Part shown: in pieces, positions 37,572-56,768 of the stretch
How positions within the stretch are numbered: the stretch's first letter is position 1
Layout of the letters: the number at the start of each line of letters is the position of its first letter
Assembly: GCA_039096225.1 (NCBI GenBank)
Contig: JBBPEB010000032.1
Coordinates: 744,001 to 808,000, forward strand
Length of the DNA: 64,000 nucleotides
Direction: 5' to 3'
From: Blastocystis sp. Blastoise
Lineage: Eukaryota > Protista > Bigyra: Opalinata
The notes under the pieces: model-generated
The model's database searches: none
What the model was told of the DNA's origin: nothing
What the model saw: only the letters and a program-made list of their open reading frames with translations
Made by a program: the position numbers and the translations under genes

Positions 37572-39360
37572 TTACTCTCTTCCCCAGACTTCATAATCTT
37601 CAACAATAAAATGATTTTCACATTTTGAAGATTCCGTATTTACAAATAACTTGCTTTGTTGATAAGTATTTACTTCTCCATAATAACAAGCATTACAATA
37701 AGAATAATTATTTGTATGGCATTGATCCGATATATAAATATCTGTACCAGCTCCAAATACAGGTCCAAAAGAAAAACCACAAAAGATACCATATTGAGTA
37801 TTCCTGCTTATATAATTATATTTAGTAGGAAGAATACCATGTTCGTTACTTAACGTAAATAAGAATTCTTTTGAATATGATTTACAATCTATAACAAATA
37901 TTATTAATTATATATAGATATATATAGAATACCGTTTTCAGAATCCCAATTGTTGTTGGTATATCCTCCAAATATATTCTTATATTTGCCATGACCTTTA
38001 TGTTTAATTATAGTTACTGTTTCTCCTTTATTATCACAATATTTATGAAATTCACTTGCTTTATATTCATGTTCACTTGCTCTAAATAATAGATAGATTT
38101 ATTGTTATTTTTTTTGAGTATAATAATAATAATATATATATAATATATTATATATATATATATAATAATAATATACATAATAATGTCACAATAATAAATA
38201 ATATAATAAATAATATATAAATAATATATATAATATACATACTAATGTCACAATAATAAATAATATAATAAATAATATAATACATAATATAATACATAAT
38301 ATAATGAATAAATGAACCTACCTAAATAATAATTTCCATGTTTTATCTTTTCCAAGCCATTTTATTAGCCATAGTTCATACGATCGACTAGGTACTACAC
38401 TAGAATTCTTAAATAATTTACAAGTACTTAATTCATCATTCACCGCTTGTTTTCCTTTTTCACCATAGAAAGTAAACATTTCTTTTAATAAAATATCTTT
38501 TTTTATTGTAGAATATGTAACATTATCAATACTTATTCTTTTATTTTGCATATAATAATTAATATAATTCGCATACTCAATGTGATAACTAACAAATAAG
38601 GCATCCTTCTTATGATCATAACTTACATAACCATTATGATAATTAAATTATCAAATTTTTCAATAACATCGTTGAAACCAAAACCAGGTTGTTTATATAT
38701 TTTTCCATTGATATAAATTGTTACAGATCTAGATTTATCATATTTCACAAATTTTGTATCTCTTCTTTGACGACAATTTATTAATTCCTTTGGTAATGGT
38801 AATTGACAAAATTCAAATAAATCTACAAAGTTAAGTAGTTCATCATAATTAAATTTAGAAAAATCAATAGTACCTCCATTTAAATAATCTAATAAATAAT
38901 ATACAAAAACATCATTTCCTTTGTAATCTAAATATATAGTTCCATCATTTGTTCTTAATTCAGGATCTGATTGCTCATGTATATAAGATCCAGGAATTGT
39001 ATCGATTGCTTTCTTAGAGAGAAAAAAAACAGGACCATTATTTGTAAAACGTATTAAATCCATCAAATTCTCTTCATCAAATTCTTCTTTGAATTTTCGT
39101 TTGCATCCCTTACCTTCGAAAGTATTTACTTTAGTAGTATCCTTAGAAATCTCTTGTTGTTTTTGTTCAAATTCTTTAATTGACATATTCTTAGTGATTC
39201 TTGAAACTTCTCGTGATATAGAAGTACTTGAGTGGCTTGCAAACGATAAAAAAGAGGAAAAAACACCAATAATATCTTTGAGAAGTTCTTCATATAGACA
39301 AATATCTTGCTTCATTTGATCTACACGCTCTTGAACAAGGATTAAATCTCCTTGAACCAT
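37572..39360 (-). CDS. BTB/POZ-TLDc domain protein 2, with an apparent 1-nt frameshift near 38645 (pseudogene or sequence error)
   Basis: Collinear paralogue of 30080-31830 with the same two intron positions; homology continues in another frame after ...KFDN. Confidence 0.8.
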
Positions 39361-39869
39361 TATTTTATTCAATAAACAATAAATAATAAATGAAAATTAA
39401 AAATAAATTATTAAAAAAAAAATAACTCCACATTTCTCAAACATTTTGTAACTCTATAAACAAAATTTCATTTTATTTTTTATACTAAAAAGTATTTTTA
39501 TGTATATCTATCATTCTTAGACAAGTAATATAATATGCGTAAAGAGTAGAGTAAGAATCCGGAAGAGAGTTTGATGAAATATTGAAAAGTAATTGAAATA
39601 AATTAAAAAAATGTTTCGTTTTTATTCCTTTATGTACATTATACTTAAGCTAATTTATCTATGTGATAAGAAAAATGTTTTTTTTTTAATAAAAGGAATG
39701 TTTTTATTTTAATAGAAAAATGAAAAAGTGAATTTATTTAATAATCATTTTTGGATCGATTAGAATTTTAAAGTATAGTCTTTATAATACAATATATACA
39801 TAGTTAATAAAGCAAAAAACAAGATATAAGAAAAATTGCAATAATAATTAAGTTATTGTTAATAAAAGT

Positions 39870-40940
39870 TTACATAATTGGACATTTACACGTAGCTTCT
39901 TCTTCATACATATGTTCTTGATAATCTTGATTATTTGTGAATACTTGAGAACAATATTTACATATATATTTCTTGGTATCTCTTGATTGAGATGTCACTT
40001 TTGTTGTTGGTATATTCCTTGATTGAGATGTATCTATAGATTCAATATAGAATATGTATTAAATATAAATAGTAATAGTATCTAGTTTAAATTTATAGAG
40101 ACATCTATTCTATATATATAAATATACTTGGATGATTTGGTATATTGATAGGTTTATCTGTTAGAGGAGTCTATAGTAGATATATATGTTATCATGAAAT
40201 ATAGTATTTATAATATATATTCATATTATAATATAATATATATTTATTTTATTATATATTAATTATAATAATAATATATTTTAATTATTAAAATAAATAA
40301 ATATACATATTAAAATAAAAATATATATTAAAAAATATATATACATATAAAAACAATTATATATATACATTTTTAATAATAGACATAAATAAACTAGCAT
40401 TTTTTTGTGATTGTTGAATACTTTTAGATGGTTTTTGATTATTTATCGAAGGACAATTATGTAAATCGGGAAATCGATGTCTATAATATAATAAAAAATA
40501 AACATATAAAAATGAATAAAACGGTCATATATACTCTGTACAAAAGTACTCACCACATAAGTTACATTTGATCTTATCAATAGAATATAATTTCTTATTG
40601 CATCCAGGAACAGGACACTTCTTTACTTTTTCTTTTTTATGATGTGTACACTCATTATCGAAATGATCACGAACCTAAGATGCATATATGCACGTTAACT
40701 AGTCTATTTTCTAATATATACCTGTGCTGAGAAACTATATCCACCACTTATTTTAAGAACTTCGTCACATTGAGGACAAATAACAGCTTGAATTCGTTTC
40801 AAATTTGCATTTGGACAATGATGAGACTCATAATCTCTATGATCCAGGCAATAATATTTATGACAACAATCACAAAGAAAAGGAAGATAATCATGTTGTT
40901 TACATAACGAACATTGTTTGCCTATATCCAGAAATTCCAT
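39870..40940 (-). CDS. AN1-type zinc finger protein (ZFAND2/AIRAPL-like) with C-terminal CaaX
   Basis: MEFLDIGKQCSLCKQHDYLPFLCDCCHKYYCLDHRDYESHHC; second AN1 CPVPGC..CNLCGEYFCT.HRFPDLHNC; ends CKCPIM*. Confidence 0.85.
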
Positions 40941-41535
40941 AATCAATGTTATGTTATTATGTTCTCTAACTTAACTATTGAGATAAAATAGTAATATCAA
41001 TAAGAATAAATGGTTTCGATGAGAACTGAATGCGATGACTGAAAAAGTATGGATACTGCTGAATTTCGTAGTCTTCAGAAAGAATCAGTGTTTTTAAAAT
41101 GATTATTGATAGAAACAATTTTTTTTAAAGTAAATATTCATTTATAAAGTATTATATAGTAGTTGAGATATATAAATGTATTAGAAATAAGAAAAAATCA
41201 ATCAAAATGTTCAGAAAAGTTCATTCACCATACCAAGGCAGAAATTATTTACGTTGTATCTAAGGCGTGGTTTTTGAAAAAAATGAAAAATATAGTTACA
41301 ACTATCATTTTATCGTGATTTTTACTATTATTATAATTTAATTATATTTTTATATAGGGTTATGTTTCAAGCCCCAGAATTAGGGAAAAAGCCCGTTTTC
41401 TTTAAAATTTTTCTTTTTTAAATTAAGAGGAGAGAATTCATCCTCTTCTAGATAAAGTATCATTATTTTATTTATAAAAATGTATAGTATACTATATTTA
41501 TGATCTAATGAAATTATTTTAATGTTATAGAAATA

Positions 41536-43077
41536 ATGTCTGTTGATAATTTGGTTACCAAGAACAATGAAACATCGATGATTACTCCAGAAATGAAAAA
41601 TGGAAACCAAATAAGTAACGATAATGATGAGAAACCGAAACGTTTGAATACAATTGAACAATTGAAGAAGAAACGACAGATTTTACGTCTTCAAGACCAA
41701 TTTAAACTAATTAGTTCTGAGGCTAAAGTAGGATGCATATAAAATTATAGTTTTATAGTGTTTGTTATAGAAATTATCAAATGGCAATCTTGTTGATGAA
41801 AGGAATATTTTAAATAAATTAATTGTAAATTAAGTGTAGATGATTAAAATTATTCTCAATTAGGATTCCGTTCATTTTTCAAAGAAATATGCAACTCCAA
41901 AAAATGATCCATACCCGTTTAAGACAAGAGCCGAGAAAAAATGTATATATACATATATATATTTAAAAGAATAAAATAAGATTTTGTGAATACTATGCTG
42001 TATATTTTCTTTAGCATTAGTTCAAGATAAAAAATCATTATTATATACAGATACTAGTATATGTTGAATTTATTTATATATTTCTATTATATATTATACT
42101 ATGACTTGTTTTTTTTAGAAAGTAGTATGTTAGATCCCTCTTTATCGTTATTAAGAAACAACCAATGGTGGGGTATCACCAATATATCTTTATATATAAC
42201 ATATATATTAATAATAAATAGTATTATTTATTTTTTTTTTGAATAGTATAGTATTGGAATTCTCTCTAAATAATTTTTTTCTTTTCTTTTTTTTTTAATA
42301 TTTCATTGTCTAATAAATAGTAATTATCTATCTATATATGATGATGATGTGTATATGACTTTAATCTATTTTTACATAAAGAAAGTGGAACCTAGTATTC
42401 CCTCGGAAATTGTTCAAAATGAACAGTTTTGGACTCCAAGGTATAGTTTTGTAGATATAGCGAATGATTGCACACAATTTAGTATATATATATTTATTTC
42501 ATTATATTGATTTTATTGTAGTATAATATTATATATATATTATTTAACATATTATATATAGCACATACAAATGGTTCATTTTCTATTAGTACTATTCGAC
42601 TAAGTGGCTTTCCTTTAGAAACATGTGAAACGAAAATCATTGAATTATTATCACCATTTACATCTATTTATTCTATTCATATTTATTCAGAAAGTATATA
42701 GATTATTTTTCTTGCTTTTTATTTTTATTTTATTTATTATTATTATTTATATTATTTTTAATTTATTTATATTATTATTATTATTTATTATTATTTTTAT
42801 TGCTATTTTTTATTTATTTATTTATTTATTTTTTAATAATTATATTGAACTTATATTCATTTTAGATACTCCACTCTATGCATTAATTACAATTCCTAAA
42901 GAACGATGTATATATATATAAATCTATATAAAGTTTATTTTATAATGTTAACATTTATAAAAGTAGTCTTGATTAATTATATTTATATATTTAGGTAATT
43001 TAATCAAAGACACATTTCATAATCGTCTTGTTGGTAATCATACATTATTTATAGAAGAATTATATAATTCTGAATGA
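41536..43077 (+). CDS. Hypothetical multi-exon protein with a degenerate C-terminal RRM (eIF3g-like)
   Basis: TIRLSGFPLETCETKIIELLSPF..YALITI..LVGNHTLFIE; exon structure partly uncertain. Confidence 0.45.
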
Positions 43078-43773
43078 GTTTAGGATTTCATTGAAAAATG
43101 ATAACTACCTTTTATTTGTTTTCTATTTATGTATATTTATATTTTATTTTTTTCGCTTGCAAATCCTTTCATTTATTCTAATTTATGTATATATTTATTA
43201 CTGCTTTGTTTTTAAAACTATTCATCACTATTTTAAATTGTAGATGTACACAAATAGTTAGAATGCCATTTTTTATACGAATTCTCATTATAATTAAAAA
43301 AAGGAACTTCTTTTTATAATCTAGATCACGTTTTAGACATATATCGTAATATTTAATATAAATAAATAATGATGGATCAACAACATCAGTTCATTCTTTT
43401 TAAAAAATAATATACAAATTTATTCTTATTGCATAGTCTATATTTCTAACAATTTGAATAAATCATGAACCTCATAACAACATTATCTTATTTTTAGTAA
43501 TCGAAAAAATAAAACTACCTTTTGAATTGTATTCATTCAGTCTAATTCAACAAATACCTGAATTTCATTGAAACCCTAAAAAAATGACAAATAAAGGTGT
43601 ATTTTTAGACGCAAGTTACAGAAAACTGATGATATTTCCAAGAAAAAACTACTCTCCCCATTATTTGCGGGAATAATTCAAGAAATAACGAAAATTCGGT
43701 TTGTTTCATTCTTGTGTTTATTATTAATCCAGTCAAGTCTTTTAATATCTAACTAATTATTGATTTATATATT

Positions 43774-46235
<2,462 letters not shown>

Positions 46236-47520
46236 AGTTACTATATATATATATATATGTATAGGATTTCTAGTTCATTTATTATATGCATCAATTGTGT
46301 GTTTTTGTTCTTATCTATATATTTATATATTTATATATTTATATATATATAATGATGTGATTTTCAGTTATTTTTTCTTCTTATTTTTCAAGTCTTTTTC
46401 TTTAATATAAAATCATTTTATGTTTATAATCATTCTTTTCAAATTGAATGCTTATTTTTTTTTTGTTATCAATTTATGTAGTTTTTATACTTATTTTTAT
46501 TCTCGTAATATATTTATATATATATATTTGTATTTTTATTATGTATGTTATTATTTTGTATACTTATAGATTATAGTCCATTCTCTGATTATTCATTTTA
46601 TATTATTCTATATCATTATTTATATAACATATATATTTATTTATTTTTTAATCTGCTATTATTTTTAATATATTAGTACATACATATATATATATATATT
46701 TATTTATTTATTTAGCTTATTTGTATATATTCTTCTTCTTCTTCTTTTGTAAATCTTTTTAGCGTATCTCTACCTTATTATACATGTCAAACTTTATCAA
46801 TTATTCAATATATTCTCTTATTTTATATGTTAGTGATTTTATTATATATATATATATAAAGATTCTTATTAATATTCAAATGGTATTCTTTTTTCTTCAC
46901 TATTCTTTTGTGTATATTCCATTATTTTGTTCGTTTGCTATTTGACACATCTAGTTTATTTTTTTCTTTTACTCTACAATGTATATAGATTATTATCATT
47001 TCAAAGTTCTTTCTCTCATTATTGTTGTTTTGTTTTATTTATATTTTTGATTTTATTTATTTCTTTGATTATTTTATTATTCTTTTTTTCGTATCATTTA
47101 TCTTCTGAATGCCTTTAACATTCGTTATCAATTCATTACCATTGTTTACAAGCATCATATTATGAATCTCACCATAATCCTATAAATAAAAACACTTCTA
47201 ATTCAATTAAACTTATACAACATATAATTTTGCTAATCTCAAGTCTACTCATTCCCTACAATATAATAAGAAAATCTACACTTAAATTCCACCTAGAATA
47301 CAACATCACAAAATTATGTATACCATTATTCTTAATAAATATTTTATCAATATAATAGACACATGCTGGCTATTCTTAATTCAACAATTTTATACTGAAA
47401 TAATACACAATACCTTATAAAACAAAGAATATATTTTTTGTTATTCTTTTCTGAAAATGTCTGATTTGCGTAAAAAAAGAACTTTACATTTTTTGTATTT
47501 CTTTTATTATTCTCTTTTTC

Positions 47521-49058
47521 ATGAACAAAAATAAGTTTTGGGAAGAAGTTTCAGAAGTCATTATAGGTGATCCTGTTAATATTCGAGAAGATATCTTAAC
47601 ATTATGGTTAGATGGGCTTACTGGTATGCTTTTTTTTTGTATTTAATTTGAAGAAGAATATCTAGAATCTGAGGCTAATGATAAATTAATTACTCAAAAA
47701 GTGAAAGAAGATACGGTATGGTTGAATGAAGAAGAATATGTCAAAGGTGACGTTCGAGATTCTGTATACTATATATAGTCAAGATTGTTTATATAGAATA
47801 TAATGTAATTTTGCTTGTTTAATAAATATTATACTATAGTATCGTGTTTTTAATCGTATTCAACAAAGTATTATCAATGATTCATGGATGTTAGTGGAAT
47901 TAACTAGTGAACAGAGAAAGGAGATATGTAATGTATATAACGAATACATTTATTATAGATAAAGTTGTTCTAAAGATAAGAATTTCTGCTATTATTCTTC
48001 TATATGACATAGATTACTTTATATATAATTATATATAGAGATATTTTCATTTGGATAATGATATAATTAAAGAGATTTTATTTATGGATTTTAATATGAA
48101 AAAAAGAGATATGAAAAAGAATATAAATGAATCTGTGATTATTCGCTATTTATCAAATATTGAGATTCTAGAAGGATTATTGAATGATGAGAATATAGAT
48201 AATATTTATGATAGTATCGCAAGAAGAGCTCATATATCTGCAGGATTAATCAAGTAGATATATATTTATATTGATTTATTTATATATATTGTAATATAGT
48301 AAATATTTATGCATATTATTTATTAAACAGCAAGGAATTAGTTTCCGAAAAAAGTATAAACATCCTTTTCACATGAACTTTTATTATGTATATATATATT
48401 GTATTTTTTATATTATTGTATATATATATATAGAATTATTTATTAATTTGTATCTACAATTATTATTATATATATATAGAATATTTTAATGTATATGATT
48501 AATAATATGTGTGACCATACACAAAGTATACCTATTGTTATATATATTTTTATTATTATACTTATTATAAAATTTTTATATCAAAACTTTTTTATGTTTC
48601 TTTATATATATATATATATATAAAGATAAACTCAAATCATTAACAATAAAAAAATCCATTCAAACAGATTTAGTCTCCGTACGACAGAAATATACAACAA
48701 GCATAAAATTTGTAGTTGTTGCTCTTGGATATACAAATAATGTATTCTATATATATAATTATTTATATATAAATATAAAAAAATATTTATTTAATATATA
48801 TATATATATTTATTAGGATTTATGGAATAACAAACAAGAATTAATAAAACGAATTCTATTAATTTCTGAATGTATTTTCTCTAAAGGACATGTATTATAT
48901 TTCTTTGATGATATTGCAACAATAATAGCCAAACATTTAGTAAAGGCAGACGCCAATAGTATTTTTATTATATATAATATATAAACAGAAATAATATATA
49001 TCATCTTATAGAAATAGAAAATTATTTTAAAGAGATTAAATCAGATATACTTCAAAAA

Positions 49059-49102
<44 letters not shown>

Positions 49103-49199
49103 TCCTGAGCAGAATAATACGTTATCTGTATATGTTGATTTCATAAAGTTCTTTGTTATTGAATATCAAAATGATATTAACTCAAATTGTAAAATTTAA
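47521..49199 (+). CDS. FIBP: FIBP-like (acidic FGF intracellular-binding protein family)
   Basis: VIIGDPVNIREDILTLWLDGLT..DVRDSYRVF..RYFHLDNDIIKEIL..KYLCILF, collinear with human FIBP motifs (IFVGN..EDVYRLWLDGYS..DHYRTF..RYYAFDEAFVREVL). Confidence 0.75.
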
Positions 49200-49738
49200 A
49201 AAATAAAAGAATAAAATATATATACATTCAATCATTATATACATTACTTTTTTTTATTTCTCTTCTACTATTCTTTAAATAGAGAGACAACATAATTAAT
49301 AGCTATTTTTATATTTGATTTTTATTTATAAAATAATGATTTTTGTTCTGTTTTACAATTATAAATGCTTATTAAATTTGTATATATATTTTATAAACAT
49401 TAACAAATAGATATTTAATACATATACGAATATGTCTTATATTAAATATATATTGTAATTATTATCAATTAATATATATAAATGAAGATATATTTGTATC
49501 AAATTTCTGACATATTATCATTTATATAATAACTCTCAACATAAAGGTGTATTTTATAAATATATATAAATGTACATATAATATTGTTTGTTTTATAAAA
49601 GAAAAGCAAATAAATAAATAAAATACAATTATAGAATATTGCGAACAATAACGTGATTTATTTTATGTTTACATAAATAATAAAAAGATTTACATAGTTA
49701 ATAAAAAAAAGTGTATATATATATATATATAGTTAGAA

Positions 49739-51952
<2,214 letters not shown>

Positions 51953-52090
51953 TATTATTATAGTTTTTTATATTTTATTATAAAAAAAAGAAAATAATTA
52001 ATTTCTTTAAACACAAACAAGAAAGAAAAGAGTGGGAAATCAATAGAGTTTTCGCAGACTTTTCAATTCTCTTTTAGTATTTTTATCAAT

Positions 52091-53183
52091 ATGAATACAA
52101 TTAATAAAACAATCGAAGTATTTATTCTATTATTATATATAGAATATATTATTCTATAGATAGAACAGAAATTCAAATATAATTTGTCTACATTACTTCC
52201 ACAATTAAATTCTATTCATGCTATTTATATTGGAAAGAAAACATTTATTGATAAGTATGATTATGTAGTTTCTTTTAATATTATTATTTCTTTAGATATT
52301 ACGATACAACTTCTTTATTTCTGTTAAATCAGAATATTTATTTAAGAAATCGAGCATCTATTTGGGAAACTAAAGAAGGTCTTCATATAAAAGATCATTC
52401 ATATGATAAAACGGTTAAATCAACTATATTTAAGTATTATTTCTCTTTTTTATTATTATAAATATGAAGAGAGACTGAAGGTAATGATAAAGTAATTATT
52501 GAATTAAATCGATTCTTTAATGAAAAGAATTTGAATTCTTTAACTGTAGAAGAATTTATTCATCATCATAATATGAATATATATGCTATTATTGAAACTA
52601 CTCGAACTACATATCAAATGTATATTTATTATGTTTTTTATTGTTTATATTTTTATTTATTATATATTTATTATTATTTATTTATTATATTTTTATTATA
52701 AATAAATAGTAATGATCATACAAAAATTGATTTAGATGAAGCAAAATTATTTGATACTAATTCTGTATATAATAATATAATATAATATAATATAATATAA
52801 TATAATATAATATAATATAATATAATATAATATAATATAATATAATATAATATTTATTTATTTATAGGACAATTATACTTTATATTCTCTTGGAGAAATA
52901 GAAATTATGACTACAGATAAAAATCAAGTATATATATTATTATCCACTAATTTATTAATTCTTCTTCTTTTTATTATACTATTAGAAATCTATAGTCGAA
53001 AAAGAAATTCATTCTATTCGTAATTCTTTGAATATTGAACAATATGATATTACTAAAGAACCCTTACCTAGTAAATTAGATCAGTATCTAGTTAATATAC
53101 TCTCTATTCTTATTATTCATAGATATCTTCATGATTGGAAGAAAGAAATCTTTTACTCAAATCAATTCAAATATCTTAATTAA
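52091..53183 (+). CDS. CYTH/thiamine triphosphatase-like protein, copy B
   Basis: Same 1093-nt span and the same 7 introns as copy A. Confidence 0.8.
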
Positions 53184-53629
53184 GCATTTTTATTCTTTTA
53201 TTTTTAATAGAACATACAACTATTATTTACTTTATAAATATCATTAGTCATATGAAATATAAAAATCTATTTTAAAACATATTTTTTTTATTTATTATTT
53301 TATTTATATATATCTATTCTTCAATCCATCTTTTATCTATTACATCATAAATAAAAATTATATTTCTTTTTTTTTTTTAAAAAGGAATCAATTGTTGTCA
53401 TCCATTATATATATAAACAATCTGAATAAAATATAAACATATTCAAACTCTATATTCTTTCTTAAATACATAATATATTTTTATTTTTTAAATCAATATT
53501 TCAAAAATAATTTTTAATAAAAAATTATTCATAAAATATTTTTTAAAATGTCTTTTCAATCTGTATTCTTTTTTCATTATTAAAATTATAAAATTATATT
53601 CTAATAATCATCTCTAGGATAGTTGTTAT

Positions 53630-53887
53630 ATGTCTATAATAGGATTCAATCATTATATTCCTATTTTTGATCCTGAGTGGATTTCTGAACAACTCAATGA
53701 TGAAGATGTCATTTGCACAAAAGGAAAAGAAATATTCAAGTCTTTAGATGAACAAAACCATTTTTACAACCAAGTCCTTAACACGAACTTATCAGTAACC
53801 TCATTCAACAATAATCATTCTAACAACGAAAACCTATTTCTACTCATCAACTCCAATCTAAATCTATTCAATAACCACTCTAATTAA
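53630..53887 (+). CDS. 85-aa APC13-like protein, intronless copy B
   Basis: Uninterrupted ORF; two amino acid differences (Q/L, Y/H) from spliced copy A. Confidence 0.7.
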   Translation: MSIIGFNHYIPIFDPEWISEQLNDEDVICTKGKEIFKSLDEQNHFYNQVLNTNLSVTSFNNNHSNNENLFLLINSNLNLFNNHSN

Positions 53888-54389
53888 AGTCTTCTATTCA
53901 TTTATTCACTCTTCATTCACTAATTTATTATTCTTTTATCATTTATTTTATACTTATTCTTTTTTTTTATTATATTCTTTTATAAAGAAAATTAGTTATA
54001 AAGTGATTAAACAGTATATTCATAATATCTTATACGTTTTTTCTCACATTAATACTGTTTTGAAATTTCTGAATAAAATTCATATTTTTGGAACATTGAA
54101 AGAATGAATGGAAATACAAAAGAAAAAAGGGATGGCTGAATTATTACCCACTTTTTCGGTTAGATAATCTCAACTATAAAACCATGGAAATATTCAATAG
54201 AGTCGCGAGATCACATGAATATTCACGACTATTATCTAAGATGCCTGTTGTCATAAAGAAAGACTTTCAAAATTTTTAATCAGATAGAAATTGTTCAAGA
54301 AGCATTGCTGTGATAAAAATATAATTTTTAAAGCAGTAATATATTGATCGACACAAATACAGAATCTATAAATAAATAATATAATCATA

Positions 54390-56130
54390 ATGGATCCTAA
54401 GGGTTACAGTGAAGAAGATAAATCTGTAAATATATGTTTTATTGACTAAGAGCATATCTTATATATATTCTGTATAGCCAATTTCTACGGATCTTACACC
54501 TGACCTTGGAGATGTACGAAAAACAAAAAAGCCTGGTCCTAGACCTTCTGCTTGTCTCTGGTGTGGCAACACACAGTGTTTTCACTGTCAGTGTCCTGGA
54601 TATGCAAAGTGTGATCATCCTCCGGGAACTCAATGTATCAGACAAAGGTATTTTTGTATTTTCAAGCTTTTTTAAGTTTTTTTATACGTATTCCAAGTGA
54701 ATTCTAATCTTTTATTTTTAATATTATATAGATACAAGAGAAGATTAGTTTGTAATCCATGTGAAAAGGCGAAATTAAAGAATAGTCAACAGCAACATAA
54801 TGATATCGATATGTCAAATCCTGCTAAATATCCTCTTATACTATATATGAATAGAATATATTATTTTAATATGAACATATGTTTGTTTTCATTGTTTTTA
54901 TTTTTCATTTATATATATTACTGATGATTTTCTTAATTTATGGTTTACTATTAAGAAAACATTATCGGATATTAAGTTAAATCGTTCTATTTCTGTTGAT
55001 AGTGCGCTCAATAGAACTATGCATAAGGTATATTTTATTATTTATTTATTTATTCTGTATTTGTTATTGTTTATTTTTTTATTATTATTTATTCTATATT
55101 TATTACTATTATTATTATATAATAAAATCAACGATTTTATTATATATTATCCTTTATCTTTACTATTCTTTTATTTCTATAGAATAGTTTTTCATTTAAA
55201 GCATTGATAGATACAGCTGTGAGTGCTTTAAAAGAAGAAGAACAAAAACAAAAGAATCGTTCTCCCTACGCTCAAGAACCTAATCCTATTTTACTTAATA
55301 AATTATATAATAAGACATCTATAGATGAAGATGAAGAAATTGGTATGTGTCTTGATGAACCTGCTCCTACTCTATCTACTACTACTACTAATAATACTAC
55401 TACTAACAATACTACTAATACTAATAATATGGTGATCTCTTCTTCTACTTCTACTCCTTCTATTCCTATACCAAATAATAATATGAATAATACATTAAAT
55501 GGTATATCAATGCAAGGACAAGCTGCAATAACCTATGGAAATAGTCAATCTCAACATTCATCGATGACACCTCCTCCGTCAGGAATCACATCACATGGTA
55601 CTACTCCTATGTCTTCTCAATCTTATGGTATACGTCAATCTCCCTCTTATCCTACTATAGGTACTCCTGCTATACCCAATCCTGCACCTCAAGTTCCTCC
55701 GTTATCTTCTTCTTTACAATCATATAATCCTACTCTCTATTCTCCTATTCCTTCCAGTCCTTATCCTATAAATACATTGCCGCCAAATCAATCACCTATA
55801 CCGCCAAATCCAAATCCTATGTCTCCTTATGGATATAACCAAGTCCCTTATTCATATTCTATGAATACTTCTCCTTATCCTTATTATTATAATCCTTATG
55901 GTCCTAACCCTAATCAACAGATACCTCCTTCTCAACCTCCTTCTCAACCTCCTACTCAATCAGAAATCGATTATCATCGAATAAGACACAGTATTAGTGC
56001 ACAACAAGTCACTTATACAAATACCAACACAATACCAAATATGATGTATGACCAACAAATGAATACTATGAACAATAAATCTATACAAAATAATAATTAT
56101 ATGAATACACCTTATCATTATAAACAGTAA
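54390..56130 (+). CDS. Protein with a Cys/His-rich N-terminal module and a Pro/Tyr/Gln/Ser-rich tail; putative transcriptional regulator
   Basis: Spliced CLWCGNTQCFHCQCPGYAKCDHPPGTQCIRQRYKRRLVCNPCEK; last exon is ORF 55204-56130. Confidence 0.6.
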
Positions 56131-56768
56131 TTTATAATCTTACATATATAATTATATATATGTTTTATATTTTTTTATAAAATATATTTTATGTCTTATT
56201 AGTTCATTCTTTTTACAATTCTTTTTCACACTTCTATAAACATTTATATATATGGTTAATACATATACATATCATTATTTTGTACTGGATCTCTTCATTA
56301 TTTTTATTTTTAGTTTCTTTTTTTTTAAAACATTCTTATATCAATATTTTATATTTCGATTTTTTTATGAAATAATTCTTTAGGTTATTTTCTTTCTTTT
56401 TTTTATACATCGTTCCTAGTCTACTTTTTTTTTCTTATTACGTTTAGTAATCTTTTGTGTTTTTCTAATTTTTTTTTCTATTATTCAAGTGTATATTTTT
56501 TATCGTTAACAATCAGCGATCAGCACAGCATTGTTTGTTTGTTTCTTTTTTTCTAATAATTTTATGATCTACTTATGTGTAGAGTAACGAATAAATGAGT
56601 TAAAACAATGTGATAGTTATAAGGATAATGTTCATTGCAATAAATATATTTTTCATACAACAATAAATAATCTCGAATTATTTCTATTTTGTACCTAATT
56701 TTAAAATAAAAACCAGAGAAAAGTCATTTTTGCTATTCAAAAGAATTATAACTGTAACTGTGGTCACA

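Noticed and set aside
41207-41460. Possible small gene upstream of 41536
   Set aside because: No convincing spliced frame or recognisable motif
49585-49592. Blastocystis-type polyadenylation-created stop codons (TGTTTGTT motif, also ~56532)
   Set aside because: Every complete gene reconstructed has a genomic stop, and these motifs do not follow open-ended ORFs
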